Assembly: GCA_964016885.1 (NCBI GenBank)
Contig: OZ024740.1
Span: 98,952,001 to 99,016,000 of the forward strand
Length of the DNA: 64,000 nt
Reading direction: 5' to 3'
Source of the DNA: Eledone cirrhosa
Taxonomy: Eukaryota
Shown: positions 38,487 through 52,199 of the stretch, one piece after another
Numbering within the stretch: the first letter of the stretch is position 1
Layout of the letters: every line of letters starts with the position of its first letter
The notes under the pieces: generated by a model
What the model was told of the DNA's origin: nothing
Database searches by the model: none
The model's input: only the letters and a program-made list of their open reading frames with translations
Program-made: the position numbers and the translations under genes

Positions 38487-39437
38487 ATAAAATAACGGAG
38501 CCATAGGCCCTCGCTATTCCCTGTAAATAATGTGCTCAAAGGCGAAGAAATCCTGAGCTCTTTAAAATACAATATGTTGAAAAGGTAACACACCAGAGAG
38601 AGATATACAGTGCGCTATCAATAAAACAGGGGAAAAAACCACCAATGTATGGAATCTATAACCTATGAAAGGCAGACTATAGACACGATAATTAAGAATA
38701 TAAATTAAAGTGTAAATAAATACCTCTATAACTATATAACACACGTACATATCCAAAGATACTAATCCAAAGATATGTTTCACCAGTAATTTGTTGAAGG
38801 AAATGGGTTAGCCTCGGTTCATCAGCGTGTGTAAGGATATACATTTTGGACAACACTAAGAGAATTCTAAAAGTGACTGTCCAGTTACACGTGGGAGAGA
38901 GAAGTCACAGCGTGTTAAAAGGCAGTGAACCAGTAGCCTCTGAAGGACGAACTGCTAGAAAGAGCAGCCCAAAGCCACTCAGAGAAGTATGCTCAACCAA
39001 ACAGAGAGATAGGAAAGACTGTTATAAGGAGCGAAATATCACGATCAATTCACGGAGCCATAGGCCCTCGCTATTCCCTGTAAATAATGTGCTCAAAGGA
39101 GAAGAAATCCTGAGCTCTTTAAAATACAATATGTTGAAAAGGTAACGCACCAGAAAGAGATATACACTGCGCTGAAATGTATAGCCTTACACACGCTGAT
39201 TAACCGAGGCTAACCCATTTCCTTCAACAAATTACTGGTGAAACATATCTTTGGATTTGTACGTGTGTTATATAGTTATAGAGGTATTTATTTACGCTTT
39301 AATTTATATTTTTAATTATCGTGTCTATAGTCTGCCTCTAATAGGTTATAGATTCCATACATTGGTGGGTTTTTCCCCTGTTTTATTGATAGCGCACTGT
39401 ATATCTCTCTCTGGTGTGTTATCTTTTCAACATATTG
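38482..39437. mobile_element. pLTR-like element: partial tandem (38482/39038) plus inverted arm (39180-39437)
   Basis: Direct and inverted repeats read from the sequence. Confidence 0.75.
38739..38832 (-). ncRNA. Type I hammerhead ribozyme with full stem III
   Basis: ACACACG-CTGATGA-ACC...GGT-GAAA-CATATC...GATATG-TA-CGTGTGT; mirror copy 39189-39268 has CTGATTA. Confidence 0.75.
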
Positions 39438-39469
<32 letters not shown>

Positions 39470-39616
39470 ATTTTATATTATATATATATATTATATATAT
39501 AAATATATATATTATATATTATATATATATATATTATATATATATATATATTATATATATATATTATATATATATATATATATATAATTATGTAATCAAC
39601 AACATAAGGCAATTAT

Positions 39617-39670
39617 TCCATTTACCAGTGGTTTCTTACAAAAAATGTTGCTTTCAATCATCAGAATGAA
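39617..39670 (-). ncRNA. Hammerhead ribozyme (family of 36773)
   Basis: TTCATT-CTGATGA-...-GAAA-CCACTGG-TA-AATGGA. Confidence 0.6.
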
Positions 39671-40578
39671 AAAATCCTGGTGTATTTATTGATATTGGAT
39701 TCTCAAAACAAAAATCCAATCTATATGAAAGTAAGGCTGGAGAAGGAAGAAGGAAAGGAAAAATAAAATAAAAACACACATGCAAACACACACACACACA
39801 CACATTTATATACATACACACATATATACACACAAACATATACACATATACATGTGTATATATATATACATACACATACATATACACATACATACACACA
39901 AAAATATCAACATATCCATACATACACATACATATATACAACCACACATATATATATACAGATATATATATAGAAATATAAATATATATATATATATGCA
40001 TACACATACATAGCCATACACACATACATATACATACATACATACACATAATCATACGTATATACACACGTACATACATACACATACATACACACATATA
40101 TACATGCATACATATGCATGCACAAAAATAGAAAAATATACACACACCTCTACATATTCACACACGCATATAAATATAAGAAAAAATATATATAAAATAA
40201 TAAAAGACATAAAAAAGAAAATAAAGACTATTATAAAGTTGACAGCGATACAGGCAACAAATAAATGAACAAACACACGTGGTAAGCAATACACAAACAT
40301 ACATACTTGCCATACAATTATACACATACAAATACGTACATATCACAAACACGCACAGCCAAATACAAACACACACATATATATGTGTGTAAAACTCATT
40401 CTTAGATAATTCATATGAACCTTATTTAAGTTTAAAATATACATATATATATATATATACACATACATACACATACATACTAACATACACATATATACCC
40501 ACACACACATATATACATACACATACGTATGCATACGTACACAGACACACACACACACATATATATACATATATAACT

Positions 40579-40657
<79 letters not shown>

Positions 40658-40691
40658 AATATGTATATATATATATGTATATATATATATG

Positions 40692-40809
<118 letters not shown>

Positions 40810-41327
40810 GCAGAGAAGTATTTAGAAGTTGGTAATGTTGCCACGAGGAACCAGGTTTGGTAGAAAGATATGATAGGAATATCGACAACGACTTTAGCTT
40901 GTTTTTACATTGTTTATTAACAAAGGTTAAGAAGTGAATTAGGCTGGCATGCAAAGAGAAATGAAATAATTCAATTAAGATAACAAGAGAAAATACGGTC
41001 GACTGGCGGAGACGTTTGGCCAGGCCAGTAGGAATGTTTTGTCGTTACATATTGTTTGTGCTTGCGGAGCAAAATAATAAGTGGTCTTTACCTTGGCGTC
41101 GGCAAGCTGCAAGTCTGAGTTTCCTCAAATCTTCGCGGGCTATTTCTCTCTCAGAACGCATAGGGATACATCCTCTTCCCCTGGCGCTGATTGGCTGAGA
41201 TGAGCCAAATCACGCACAGAGAATGTACGTGAGCCCGCGGAACGCAGGTCACTACATCACCTCAGAGCTGATTTTTAGCCGAAAATCGTTAACGATGAAG
41301 CCAAGGACCCAAAAGGTACAGTTTACA

Positions 41328-41337
41328 CCCCCCTTCT
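41328..41337 (-). promoter_or_regulatory. Polypurine tract directly before a TG LTR start
   Basis: Minus strand AGAAGGGGGG-TGTAAAC. Confidence 0.65.
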
Positions 41338-43111
41338 AGACGGAAGTCGATACAGATTATTGAATCAGCAAGAACAAATGCTGAAAGTGCACATCAGTGA
41401 AAAAATTATTGAGCAGAAAGATGCATGCAAGAAAAAAAATGAGGCGCTACGGGCCGTGTTGAGCCGCTGTCAAATGACTAGCTGTTTTGTAGTTTATACG
41501 TGACCACCAAAGGTCTAACAGAAAACAGATAAAGTCTGACATGGGCGAAGTTGCTGATCTTGCATTAAATCTTAATGGTAAGTGTTGTACCAGTAGCTGT
41601 GGACGAAGCTATTATGGTAGTTTACCAGTGCTGGCAAGAAGATGATGGGTAGGCGAGAAAACGTTGGCCTCCCAGATGTATTGCCGAATGTGCTAGGGAG
41701 CCAGGAAATGGCTGGTTGCTTTGAAAAGAAAAAAAGCAAGTTGAATCTGTAGGTGGGTTGCAGTTCCATAATTCGGGCGAATCCACAGAAGTGGTGGAAA
41801 TGCTGACAAGTCCAGTTCTATTTGTTGTTTTCCCGGTGAGTTGGGTAAGATAACAAGATAGAGGTTGTTATGGACGATGAATGTGCAACGAGATGCGAAA
41901 CTATTTGAGTTCAGCTGCAATTAGCATTCTCGTGTTGCGGTGCAGGTGAATGAAGCTGCAAGTGTCGATAGCCTGTTTTGGTACCCCCAGAAGGTGAAAA
42001 GGGATCTCGCAGAATATTACGACGCTTGAAGATCACCTACTATAGACAACAACATGTTGGTGTGTGTATATATACAGGCATGTAATACATAAAAGAAAAT
42101 GTGTGCGTGCGGTCACATATACAATGATAGAGAGAAATGAATTTTAATATAATACAGTTTAAAAAAAATAAATGTCCAAAATAAATGCCTGAAAAAAAGG
42201 AAGAAAGAAAGAATTGTTTCTTTCCTTTTAACAAAACTTCGCTTCTTATTTCTTTGGGAACGCTCTTACTAGGGAGCTAGTAGAGTTGTTGTTGTTGGTA
42301 AAGCAAAGTCACAATGAATCTTCTATACAGTCGAAGTCTAGCGTTGAAGAACCTAGCGTCACCAATATGGCAGCCACGTCTGACGCCATAATGGTGAGAA
42401 AACTAATGTCTTAATTTCTCGAGTCCTTGTGGTAACGAGACAGAAGGGATGGTGATTGCGTCGGTAAAGTTACAAGCCGTTCCCTGGTGTTGGTTAATAG
42501 TTAGCCATGTGTTGCTGCTGATGGCTGGTACTTGGTGGTAGCCGTTTTGAAATTTTCTCGTGGCGAAAAGTTTTTGAAATACTGCTAATTTTTTTTCTAA
42601 AAATATTCGAAAGAAAATTCGAACAACAAAAAAAATTATTCTCCATGAAAATTATTCGGCAAGATGGCCGATTGAAAAATGTGCCTGTTATGAAGAAGCC
42701 GTCATGTGGCACGACGCAGCCAATTAGACGGCTGGGATCGAAGAAGACAAGCTGTACGCGGGAAAACAAAATGTTTGTGTCTCCATTTGTAATTTTAACA
42801 GAATGTTGAATGCAAAATTCTACACAGAGAGAAATCGTTTATTTTTTATTTTTTAAATTTTTTTTTTATCAAACTCTTTCTTTTGTATTGTATTTTTGTG
42901 TTCGTCTGTATGCGTGAGTTACTAGTGTTACCATGAAAGTTATGACAGAAATATTGTGCAGGCCGCGTGCTTCAACAAATGGAATATTATGAATTTTATG
43001 CACTTACGCTAAGTGAGTCTAGCTACCCGATTCGAACACTCCAACTGTTAAGCCACTCCACATAGACATTAAAACGAATTGCGAATTCAAATAGGCTGCG
43101 TTTTCATACTT

Positions 43112-43129
43112 AATCGTCGAGGGTCACCA
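43112..43129 (-). promoter_or_regulatory. Primer-binding site, tRNA-Trp-like
   Basis: TGGTGACCCTCGACGATT versus the complement of the tRNA-Trp 3' end, TGGTGACCCCGACGTGATT; preceded by ...CA-aat. Confidence 0.65.
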
Positions 43130-43607
43130 ATTTGGTTAGAAGATGTTGTCACCAATTCGGTGGAGGTTTATTTTAGAAGTTGTAATGTGTTGCCACGAGG
43201 AACCAGGTTTGGTAGAAAGATATGATAGGAATATCGACAACGACTTTAGCTTGTTTTTACATTATTTATTAACAAAGGTTAAGAAATGAATTAGGCTGGC
43301 ATGCCAAGAGAAATGAAATAATTAAATTAAGATAACAAGAGAAAATACGGTCGACTGGCTGAGGCGTTTGGCCAGGCCCGTAGGAATGTTTTGTCGTTAC
43401 ATATTGTTTGTGCTTGCGGAGCAAAAGAATAAGTGGTTTTTACCTTGGCGTCGGCAAGCTGCAAGTCTGAGTTTCCTCAAATCTTCGCGGGATATTTCTC
43501 TCTCAGAACGCATAGGGATACATCCTCTTCCCCTGGCGCTGATTGGCTGAGCTGAGCCAAATCACGCATAGAGAATGTACGTGAGCCCGCGGAACGCAGG
43601 TCACTAC

Positions 43608-43948
43608 ATATATATCTATAAATATGAGAAAGAACATAAATATTATAAAATAAATATTGTATATATAAAAGAAATTGGGAATACGACAAATAATAAATAA
43701 AAAAATATATATTTTTAGAAAAGGGTATAAATGCCCATAGCAGACCTAGAGCACTCAATATGTTCCTGGAGCCAAAGATCAATGAAAATAATCATCAAAT
43801 CACTATATGTAATGATGCACATAGATACACCCTTATACATATATACATATACACAGACACACACACACACATAAATATATATACATACACACACACAAAA
43901 AAACCCAACCACAGAAATATAAATACACATACAATTACGTATATATAC

Positions 43949-43999
<51 letters not shown>

Positions 44000-46480
44000 G
44001 GAAAAAGTCTGACCCTACGGCAGAGCTCAAGCCTTTTTTGAGGCTATTATATAAAAACACACAAAACCATTATATAAAAAATTAATATCTGAAAATAAAA
44101 AAAATATTTGGTATGTGAAGGGTAAGGCAATAAAATAGGGGGAAAATGACATAGGAAAAGGTTTAAATATAAGGGGAGATAAGGGAGAAAGAGAATACAA
44201 GAGTACCGAATGTGGATTCAGCAGGTAAAAAAACCGTAGTAGAAGTAAAGAGCAGAGAAGGTGTTCAAGGTGGTTGAGTTATCATAGGAATGTCAATCCA
44301 GTTACAGATCAGATGTGATTTCAGATGAGGACAACATCTAAAGATCTCGGTCTTTGAGTTCAGGCAAGCAGAAGTGGCTTTCAAGTTTAGCAAAATCCTA
44401 TATTTTTCTGTGGTACACAAAGAACAATGCTTCGTGCCCCTTTGGTACTCCCTCGAATGGTCTAAAATAGAACAATCGATAGAGTACGGCATGTTTTTAT
44501 CCTTGAATTCCCACACCTTACTTGCGAGGGCCGTTGTTGTTCGTTTATCGGAGTGCTTAAAAGAAGCGACATGTGCATAAAACCTGGTTTGAAACCTGTC
44601 CTGGGTCATGCCGACATATCGCTCACACCTGGCTGGCTGGTTGTTGATTAAAGGTGTTACTTTAGCCTCATAAACAACAGATTTTGTGTTACATTTGTCC
44701 TTCAATGGGCATTCATCCGGCTTCCTGCAACTGCATCCTGGATTTGTTCTCGTATGATTTGAATTAGTGATCTTGGACTTCATAGATGGGCAATTAGTGG
44801 TCAATTAGTGATCTTGGACTTCATAGATGGCCAATTTGATATTGTTGATTTTTACCCATCTATTACTGTTTCCCTATTAACTAATGCCTTAGAGTTTGCA
44901 AGACCCTTCATTGATATTTCTAAATTAGAAGAAGACATTTTCTTTCATGCGAGAAAAACTTTACTCTTTACTAATGAAAATATTTGGGTTAAACAGTCAA
45001 AACAATTTTGATGTTGCAATGGGTTCATATGACAGTGCGGATGTGTGTGACTTAGTAGATATATTACTTCTCCACACCCCCAAAGAGAATTGTCATTCCC
45101 ATAATATCGGTTTATTCCGTGATGACGGATTGGCAGTTTCTCTAACCACCAACGGCCATAACCTTGATAAATTCCGTAAAGATTTAATCAATACTTTTGC
45201 TTATCTTAACCTTAAAATCACTATAGATACGAACCTTACCAATGCTAACTTTCTTGATATTAATCTTGATCTACTTACCGCCTCTTTTAAACCTTATCTT
45301 AAACCTAATTAAAATCTTAGGTATATACACAAAGAGACTTGCCATCCCCCTATAGTTTTTAATAATATTATACCCAACATTAGCCGTAGGATTTCTACCT
45401 TATCTTCGTCTATAGACATTTTTAATAAAGCCGCCCCTTATTATAAAGTCCTTAAAAACAGGGGTTTTCCAGAACAAATTTATTATTTACATACTCCCCC
45501 CTCTAAAACTAACCACAATAACAGGAAAAGGGAAATTATTTGGTTTACACCCCCCTTCTCTCTAACTGTCAAAACTAATGTAGGAAGGAAATTCCTAGAA
45601 CTCTTAGATAAACATTTTCCTCCTAATCATAGATATTATAAGATATTTAATAGGAATATAGTTAAGATCAGTTACACTTGTTGCCCATCTATTAAGTCCA
45701 AGATCACTAATTCAAATCATACGAGAACAAATCCAGGATGCAGTTGCAGGAAGCCGGATGAATACCCATTGCAGGGCAAATGTAACACCAAATCTGTTGT
45801 TTATGAGGCTAAAGTAACACCTTTAATCAACAACCAGCCAGCCAGGAGTGAGCGATATGTCGGCATGACCCAGGACAGGTTTCAAACCAGGTTTTATGCA
45901 CATGTCGCTTCTTTTAAGCACTCCGATAAACGAACAACAACGGCCCTCGCAACTAAGGTGTGGGGATTCACGGATAAAAACATCCCGTACTCTATCGATT
46001 GGTCTATTTTAGACCATTCGAGGGTGTACCAAAGGGACACAAAGAATTGTTCTTTGTGTACCACATAAAAATATAGGATTTTGCTAAACTTGAAAGCCAC
46101 TTCTGCTTGCCTGAACTCAAAGACCGAGATATTCAGATGTTGTCCTCATCTGAAATCACATCTGATCTGTAACTGGATTGACATTCCCATGATAACTCAA
46201 CCACCTTGAACTCCTTTCCTGCTCTTTATTTCTACTACGGTTTTTTTACCTGCTGAATCCACGTTCTGTACTCTTGTATTCTCTTTCTCCCTTATCTCCG
46301 CTTATATTTAAACCTTTTCCTATGTCATTTCCCCCCACTATGTTTTTGCTTACCCTTGACATACCAAACATTTTTTTATTTTTAGATATTAATTTTTTAT
46401 ATAATGGTTTTGTGTGTTTTGATATAATAGCCTCAGAAAAGGCTTGAGCTCTGTCGTAGGGTCAGACTTTTTCCTATGTG

Positions 46481-46532
<52 letters not shown>

Positions 46533-46844
46533 CGTAATTGTATGTGTGTTTGTATTTCTGTGGTTGGTTTTTTTTTTGTGTGTGTGTATGTATATATATT
46601 TATGTGTGTGTGTGTGTGTGTGTGTATGTATATATGTATAAGGGTGTATGTATGTGCATCATTACATATAGTGATTTGATGATTATTTTCATTGATCTTT
46701 TGCTCCAGGAACTTGTTGAGTGCTCTAGGTCTGCTATGTGCATTTATACTCTTTTCTAAAAATATATATATTTTTATTTATTATTTGTCGTATTCCCAAT
46801 TTTTTTTATATATATAATATTTATTTTATAATATTTATGTTCTT

Positions 46845-46850
<6 letters not shown>
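43608..46850 (+). mobile_element. Penelope-like element (RT + GIY-YIG on plus, 44831-46850) with inverted duplicate of its 3' part (43608-44790)
   Basis: FDIVDFYPSI, FDVAMGSYD, LFRDDGL, WFTPPFS, CSC...CPL...KSVVYEA, YVGMT, CSLC..EKY, LNSKTE; ORF 44265-44804 (minus) mirrors 45769-46068. Confidence 0.88.
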
Positions 46851-46882
<32 letters not shown>

Positions 46883-46893
46883 AGTTATATATG

Positions 46894-46937
<44 letters not shown>

Positions 46938-47020
46938 TATGCATACGTATGTGTATGTATATATGTGTGTGTAGGTATATATGTGTATGTTAGTATGTAT
47001 GTATGTGTATGTATGTGTAT

Positions 47021-47054
<34 letters not shown>

Positions 47055-47129
47055 GTTATTCCGGGTTGAATCGGAGGTAACCACAGTAAGTAAGATACTC
47101 AATACATTGCAGAGTATAAAAGTTTTAAT

Positions 47130-47410
<281 letters not shown>

Positions 47411-48012
47411 CAATATATTTAGAAACACACAGATACATGCGGACAAACACATATACATGAATGCATCCACACCCAACCGTGAGTTAATGGTGCCAACCTT
47501 ACCGATGTTGCTCAATGAATGACTGGGACAGACCAATCCGGTTGAACCAGACTGAACCAGTATCAGAGTTAAAAATACATTATGAAGAGAGAAGAAACAT
47601 TTAGATATAATTAGTAATAAAATGTATCATACCTAAACTGCTCCTAGATTCCTCGACTACGTAGTTTCGTGGCATAAACAAAAACAATACATCATAAAGA
47701 TATAGAGTCTTTGCGAGGTCTGCCGACTTATCAAGAGGATACCTCATTTTACTAGCTTCAAGAACGCGTCTACACGACGTGAGAAAGAATCCCAAAAGGC
47801 GGAGGGGGAGATAGTCACGCGATATAACGGTCGAGAAACAGAGCTAAGCCTCTTATAACCCCGAAGAAAATACCACGGTTCATATGAATTGTCTAAGAAT
47901 GAGTTTTACACACACATATATATATATGTGTGTTTGTATTTGGTTTTGCGTGTTTGTGATAAGTACGTATTTGTATGTGTATAATTGTATGGCTATGTTA
48001 TGTATGTGTGTG

Positions 48013-48075
<63 letters not shown>

Positions 48076-48876
48076 ATGTGTGTGTATATATGTATATGTG
48101 TGTGTGTGTGTGTGTATGTATTTGTGTATGCGTATGTTTATGTATTTGTATATGTATATTTATGTGTGAGAGTGTGTGTATGTATTTATTTTTACGTATG
48201 TATGTGTACGTGCATTTGTGTGTATTGCTTACCACGTGTGTTTGTTCATTTATTTGTTGCCTGTATCGCTGTCAACTTTATAATAGTCTGTATCTTCTTT
48301 TTTATGTCTTTTATTATTTTATATATATTTTTTCTTATATTTATTTGCGTGTGTGAATATGTAGAGGTGTGTGTATATTTTTCTATTTTTGTGCATGCAT
48401 ATGTTTGCATGTATATATGTGTGTATGTATGTGTATGTATGTACGTGTGTATATACGTATGATTGTGTGTATGTATGTATGTATGTATGTATATGTATGT
48501 GTATATGGCTATGTATGTGTATGTGTATGCATATATATATATATATATATTGATATATATATGTGTATATATATGTGTGTGGTTGTATATATGTATGTGT
48601 ATGTATGGATATGTTGATATGTTTGTGTGTATGTATGTATGTGGATATGTATGTATATATATACACATGTATATGTGTATGTGTGTGTGTATGTATGTGT
48701 GTATGTATATATATATATATGTTTTGTAAGTATATAATTGTGTGTGTGTGTGAGTGTGTGTTTCCATGTGTGTTTTTATTTTATTTTTCCTCTCCTTCTT
48801 CCTTCTCCAGCCTCACTTTCATATAGATTGCATTTTTATTTTTAGAATCGAATATGAATAAATACACCAGGATTTT

Positions 48877-48935
48877 TTCATTCTGATGATTGAAAGCAAC
48901 ATTTTTTGCTTTTAAGAAACCACTGGTACATAGAA
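48877..48935 (+). ncRNA. Hammerhead ribozyme (family of 36773), stem I decayed
   Basis: TTCATT-CTGATGA-TTGAAAGCAA...TTGCTTTTAA-GAAA-CCACTGG-TA. Confidence 0.55.
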
Positions 48936-49109
48936 TAATTGCCTTATGTTGTTTATTACATAACTATTAAGCTCTGTTATCGACATAGAGCACTCTTTTT
49001 TCCTGGACTTTTCCGACGGAATTACTTCACATATATATATATATATAATATATATATATATATTATATATATATATATAATATATATATATATATATTAT
49101 ATATATATA

Positions 49110-49154
<45 letters not shown>

Positions 49155-49252
49155 ATATATAATATATATATATATATACAATATGTTGAAAAGGTAACAC
49201 ACCAGAGAGAGATATACAGTGCACTATCAATAAAACAAGGAAAAAAAAACAC

Positions 49253-50366
49253 CCTTCAGTTGAGAACTCTATTCGATTTGTGATGTTTTTGCATTCTTGC
49301 AATAACATACACAACTGAATTCATTCGCCTGATATAGGGGTTGCCTCCCTTGCCGATCCCCACGTGGGGTCAGCAATAGTCAGTCCTTGTATTAACATTG
49401 AACTAAAACCTGTTGAGAAAGTGGCTTCCTTGTTCAATCATCTTACCAGTAGCCTAAAATTAGTTATGTAAGCGGACAGCAATTGATTTAGGAGCCGCAG
49501 AAACACAAAAGCTGGATTTTACCAACCTTCCAGGGGTCTGGGTAAATTTTCAATCACAGATATTTTTTATTTGTTTGACCCGAATTACTTGATCGTTTTT
49601 TTTTTGTCTATGCGAATGATAGTTTAACCCTCGTCTCAGTGTGTTTGGCCTTCAATGTTTGTTATAGCTCTGGTTCATCTGAACCATTGAGCACTTGCCA
49701 CACATCTCGGAGGTTGTTTTTCGTTATTTTGTTGGTCGAAATGCGATTCTCGATAATTTATAATTATATTAATCTCCACACTCTAGCTATTGACCAGTTA
49801 ATTTTCTTGATTTTTTAGTTGATTCTATTGACTGTTGAATAGCTTATGTTAATTTTAACCCTTCTGTTCAGAACTCTATTCGATTTGTGATGTTTTTGCA
49901 TTCTTGCAATAACATACACAAATGAATTCATTCGCCTGATATAGGGGTTGCTTCCATTGCCGATCCCCACGTGTGGTCAGCAATAGTCAATCCTTGTATT
50001 AACATTGAACTAAAACCTGTTGAGAAAGTGGCTTCCTTGTTCAATCATCTTACCAGTAGCCTAACATTAGTTATGTAAGCGGACAGTAATTGATTTGGGA
50101 GCCGCAGAAACCCAAATGCTGGATTTTACCAACCTTTCAGGGGTCCGGGTAAATTTTCAATCATAGATATTTTTTATTTGTTTGACCCGAATTACTTGAT
50201 CGTTTTTTTGGCTATACGAATGATTGTTTAACCATCGTCTTAGTGTGTTTGGCCTTTAACGTTTGTTATAGCTCTGGTTCATCTGAATCATTGAGCACTT
50301 GCCACACACCTCGGAGGTTGTTTTTCGTTATTTCGTGAGCCGAAATGCGATTCTTGATAATTTATA
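49253..50366 (-). repeat. ~607-bp tandem duplication (1.8 copies), probably a degenerate PLE C-terminal fragment
   Basis: Anchors at 49264 and 49871; weak PAFVFLR..N and SVVYVI-like remnants on the minus strand. Confidence 0.6.
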
Positions 50367-50387
50367 TTTATATATATATATATATTA

Positions 50388-50457
<70 letters not shown>

Positions 50458-50464
<7 letters not shown>

Positions 50465-52199
50465 CATACTTTGGGAGGGTCATGTTTCCAATAAGAAACA
50501 CACGCACCAGTTGCTTTCACTTCAATTTATTATAAATTAAATTCATAAATTTAGGAATTTATAAATTTCCGGTTGGTTGGTTGGTTCCACAACAAGACGA
50601 TTGTTCATATATTGTTAAAGTTCTTTCGTCACACATTCTCTGACCTTTTTCAGTGACTGGGGATTCTTTTCTTTGTTTATGTGCCTCTCCTTTGTTCTAT
50701 TCTACGCCATCTTGTTTGTGTGTGTGTTGTGTGCTTAGTTTGCGCATGTGTTACATCCGGGTGTCTGTGTGTGTTTATATTTGTTTATTTACATGTTACG
50801 GGTTGGTTGTTTGTTCTATGTGTGTGTGTGTTTTCATTTTGTCCTTAATTTTAAGTTGTGATGTTGCTATTCCATTCATGCTTTCTATTTAATTTTGGTT
50901 GGAGTTCATTTATGTTTATTGCCTCTGTGATTTGTCTAAACATTGCGTCTTTTCTGTGTGAAATCTATTTTTATTTCTATGTTCTTTAATTTACCCTTAT
51001 GTTCTATTTTTGCATGTTGGTAGAAGACAGATGATTCTTTACTATCTTGAAGCTCTCGCCAGTGTTCATTTATCCGTTCTCCTATACTAGGAGCTGTCTC
51101 ACCTATGTACACTAAATTCTTATCTCTACATTGTCCTTCAGCACATCTTATGCTATATACTACATTTCTAGTTTTACAGTTAATATGGGGGCTTAGTTTA
51201 CAGATTATACATTTCTTATCTATACAGGGAGGTCTTTGAGAAGGGTATGTATTGCTAATACGTGTTTTTATGGAGGTACCTGGTTTTTCTACTATCTTAA
51301 TATTGAATTTATGTTTATCTAGGGCCCTTCTGAATTTGTAAGCTAATTCACATCTAGGGTTGTATTGATGAACATTACACTCTGGTATTTATTGCTATCA
51401 TACAATGAGTTCATTCTATTAACCTTATTCCTAGTTCTTTCTAGTCTATTCCAAAATTTGCTCCTATACAAGAGCCAGGTCCCGTTTGTATCATTATTTA
51501 CCATTTTTTCCCATTTGGTTCTGGCTCCTCTATATACTCTGATCTTATCTCTCTAATTGTAACCAGAGAACTGCATACGGTGGATGAAGTGTTGTATGTG
51601 TCTCTCTAGTTCTTCGGGGTTGCACATGCGGGACACGTTTCTCATCACCCGTACCAAATACGCAATCAGTATGTTGATTTTGGTGTGGTCCGAAACAGCT
51701 GAGTTTCGGTGGATCAGATATTTGGAAGTCATGGGTTTGGCATAATGGGAATGGAGGATCTGTTTTTTATTGATAGTATCTAACTAGAGCTCTGTGTCTA
51801 GTACAGGTAATCGATGGTTGGGGTGTTTGCTTGGGTAGTCTATAGTAACTCTAATACTCCGGTGGATGGAGTTAACTATTTGCTGGATGCTTTCCATGGT
51901 GTTTTTCTCTAATTCCTCACTGTTCTCTAGTGTGGTGGTTTTACTACGATGTTTATATCATCAACGTAGCGGGAGTACATTATCAGGGTTAAGAGGTTGC
52001 TGTCTTCTAATTGTTCTTTAATTTTAAGTTTAGGTCTATCGTCCCACCATACCATGAATAGGTTAGCTATGTCGCCTGCAATGCTAACACCAATGGCTGC
52101 TCCCTCCTCTTGGGCATATGTTTTTCCATTAAATCTGAACATATGTTCCTTAAGGGTTAATTTTATACTAGCCCCCACCGCATGTGCAATCATTTTCTT
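50458..52199 (-). mobile_element. Penelope-like element 3' half: RT C-terminus, GIY-YIG endonuclease, pLTR with degenerate HHR (~50615-50660)
   Basis: GAAIGVSIAG, RYVDD, CKTRNVVYSIRC...C...YIGET...RINEH, RQITEAI, LNRKHEW. Confidence 0.85.

Larger units (their letters stand above)
40821..43607 (-). mobile_element. Non-autonomous LTR retroelement; both LTRs truncated at their outer ends
   Basis: ~435-bp direct repeats 40821-41257 and 43172-43607 (about 14 differences by eye); PBS and PPT present; no long internal ORF. Confidence 0.8.
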
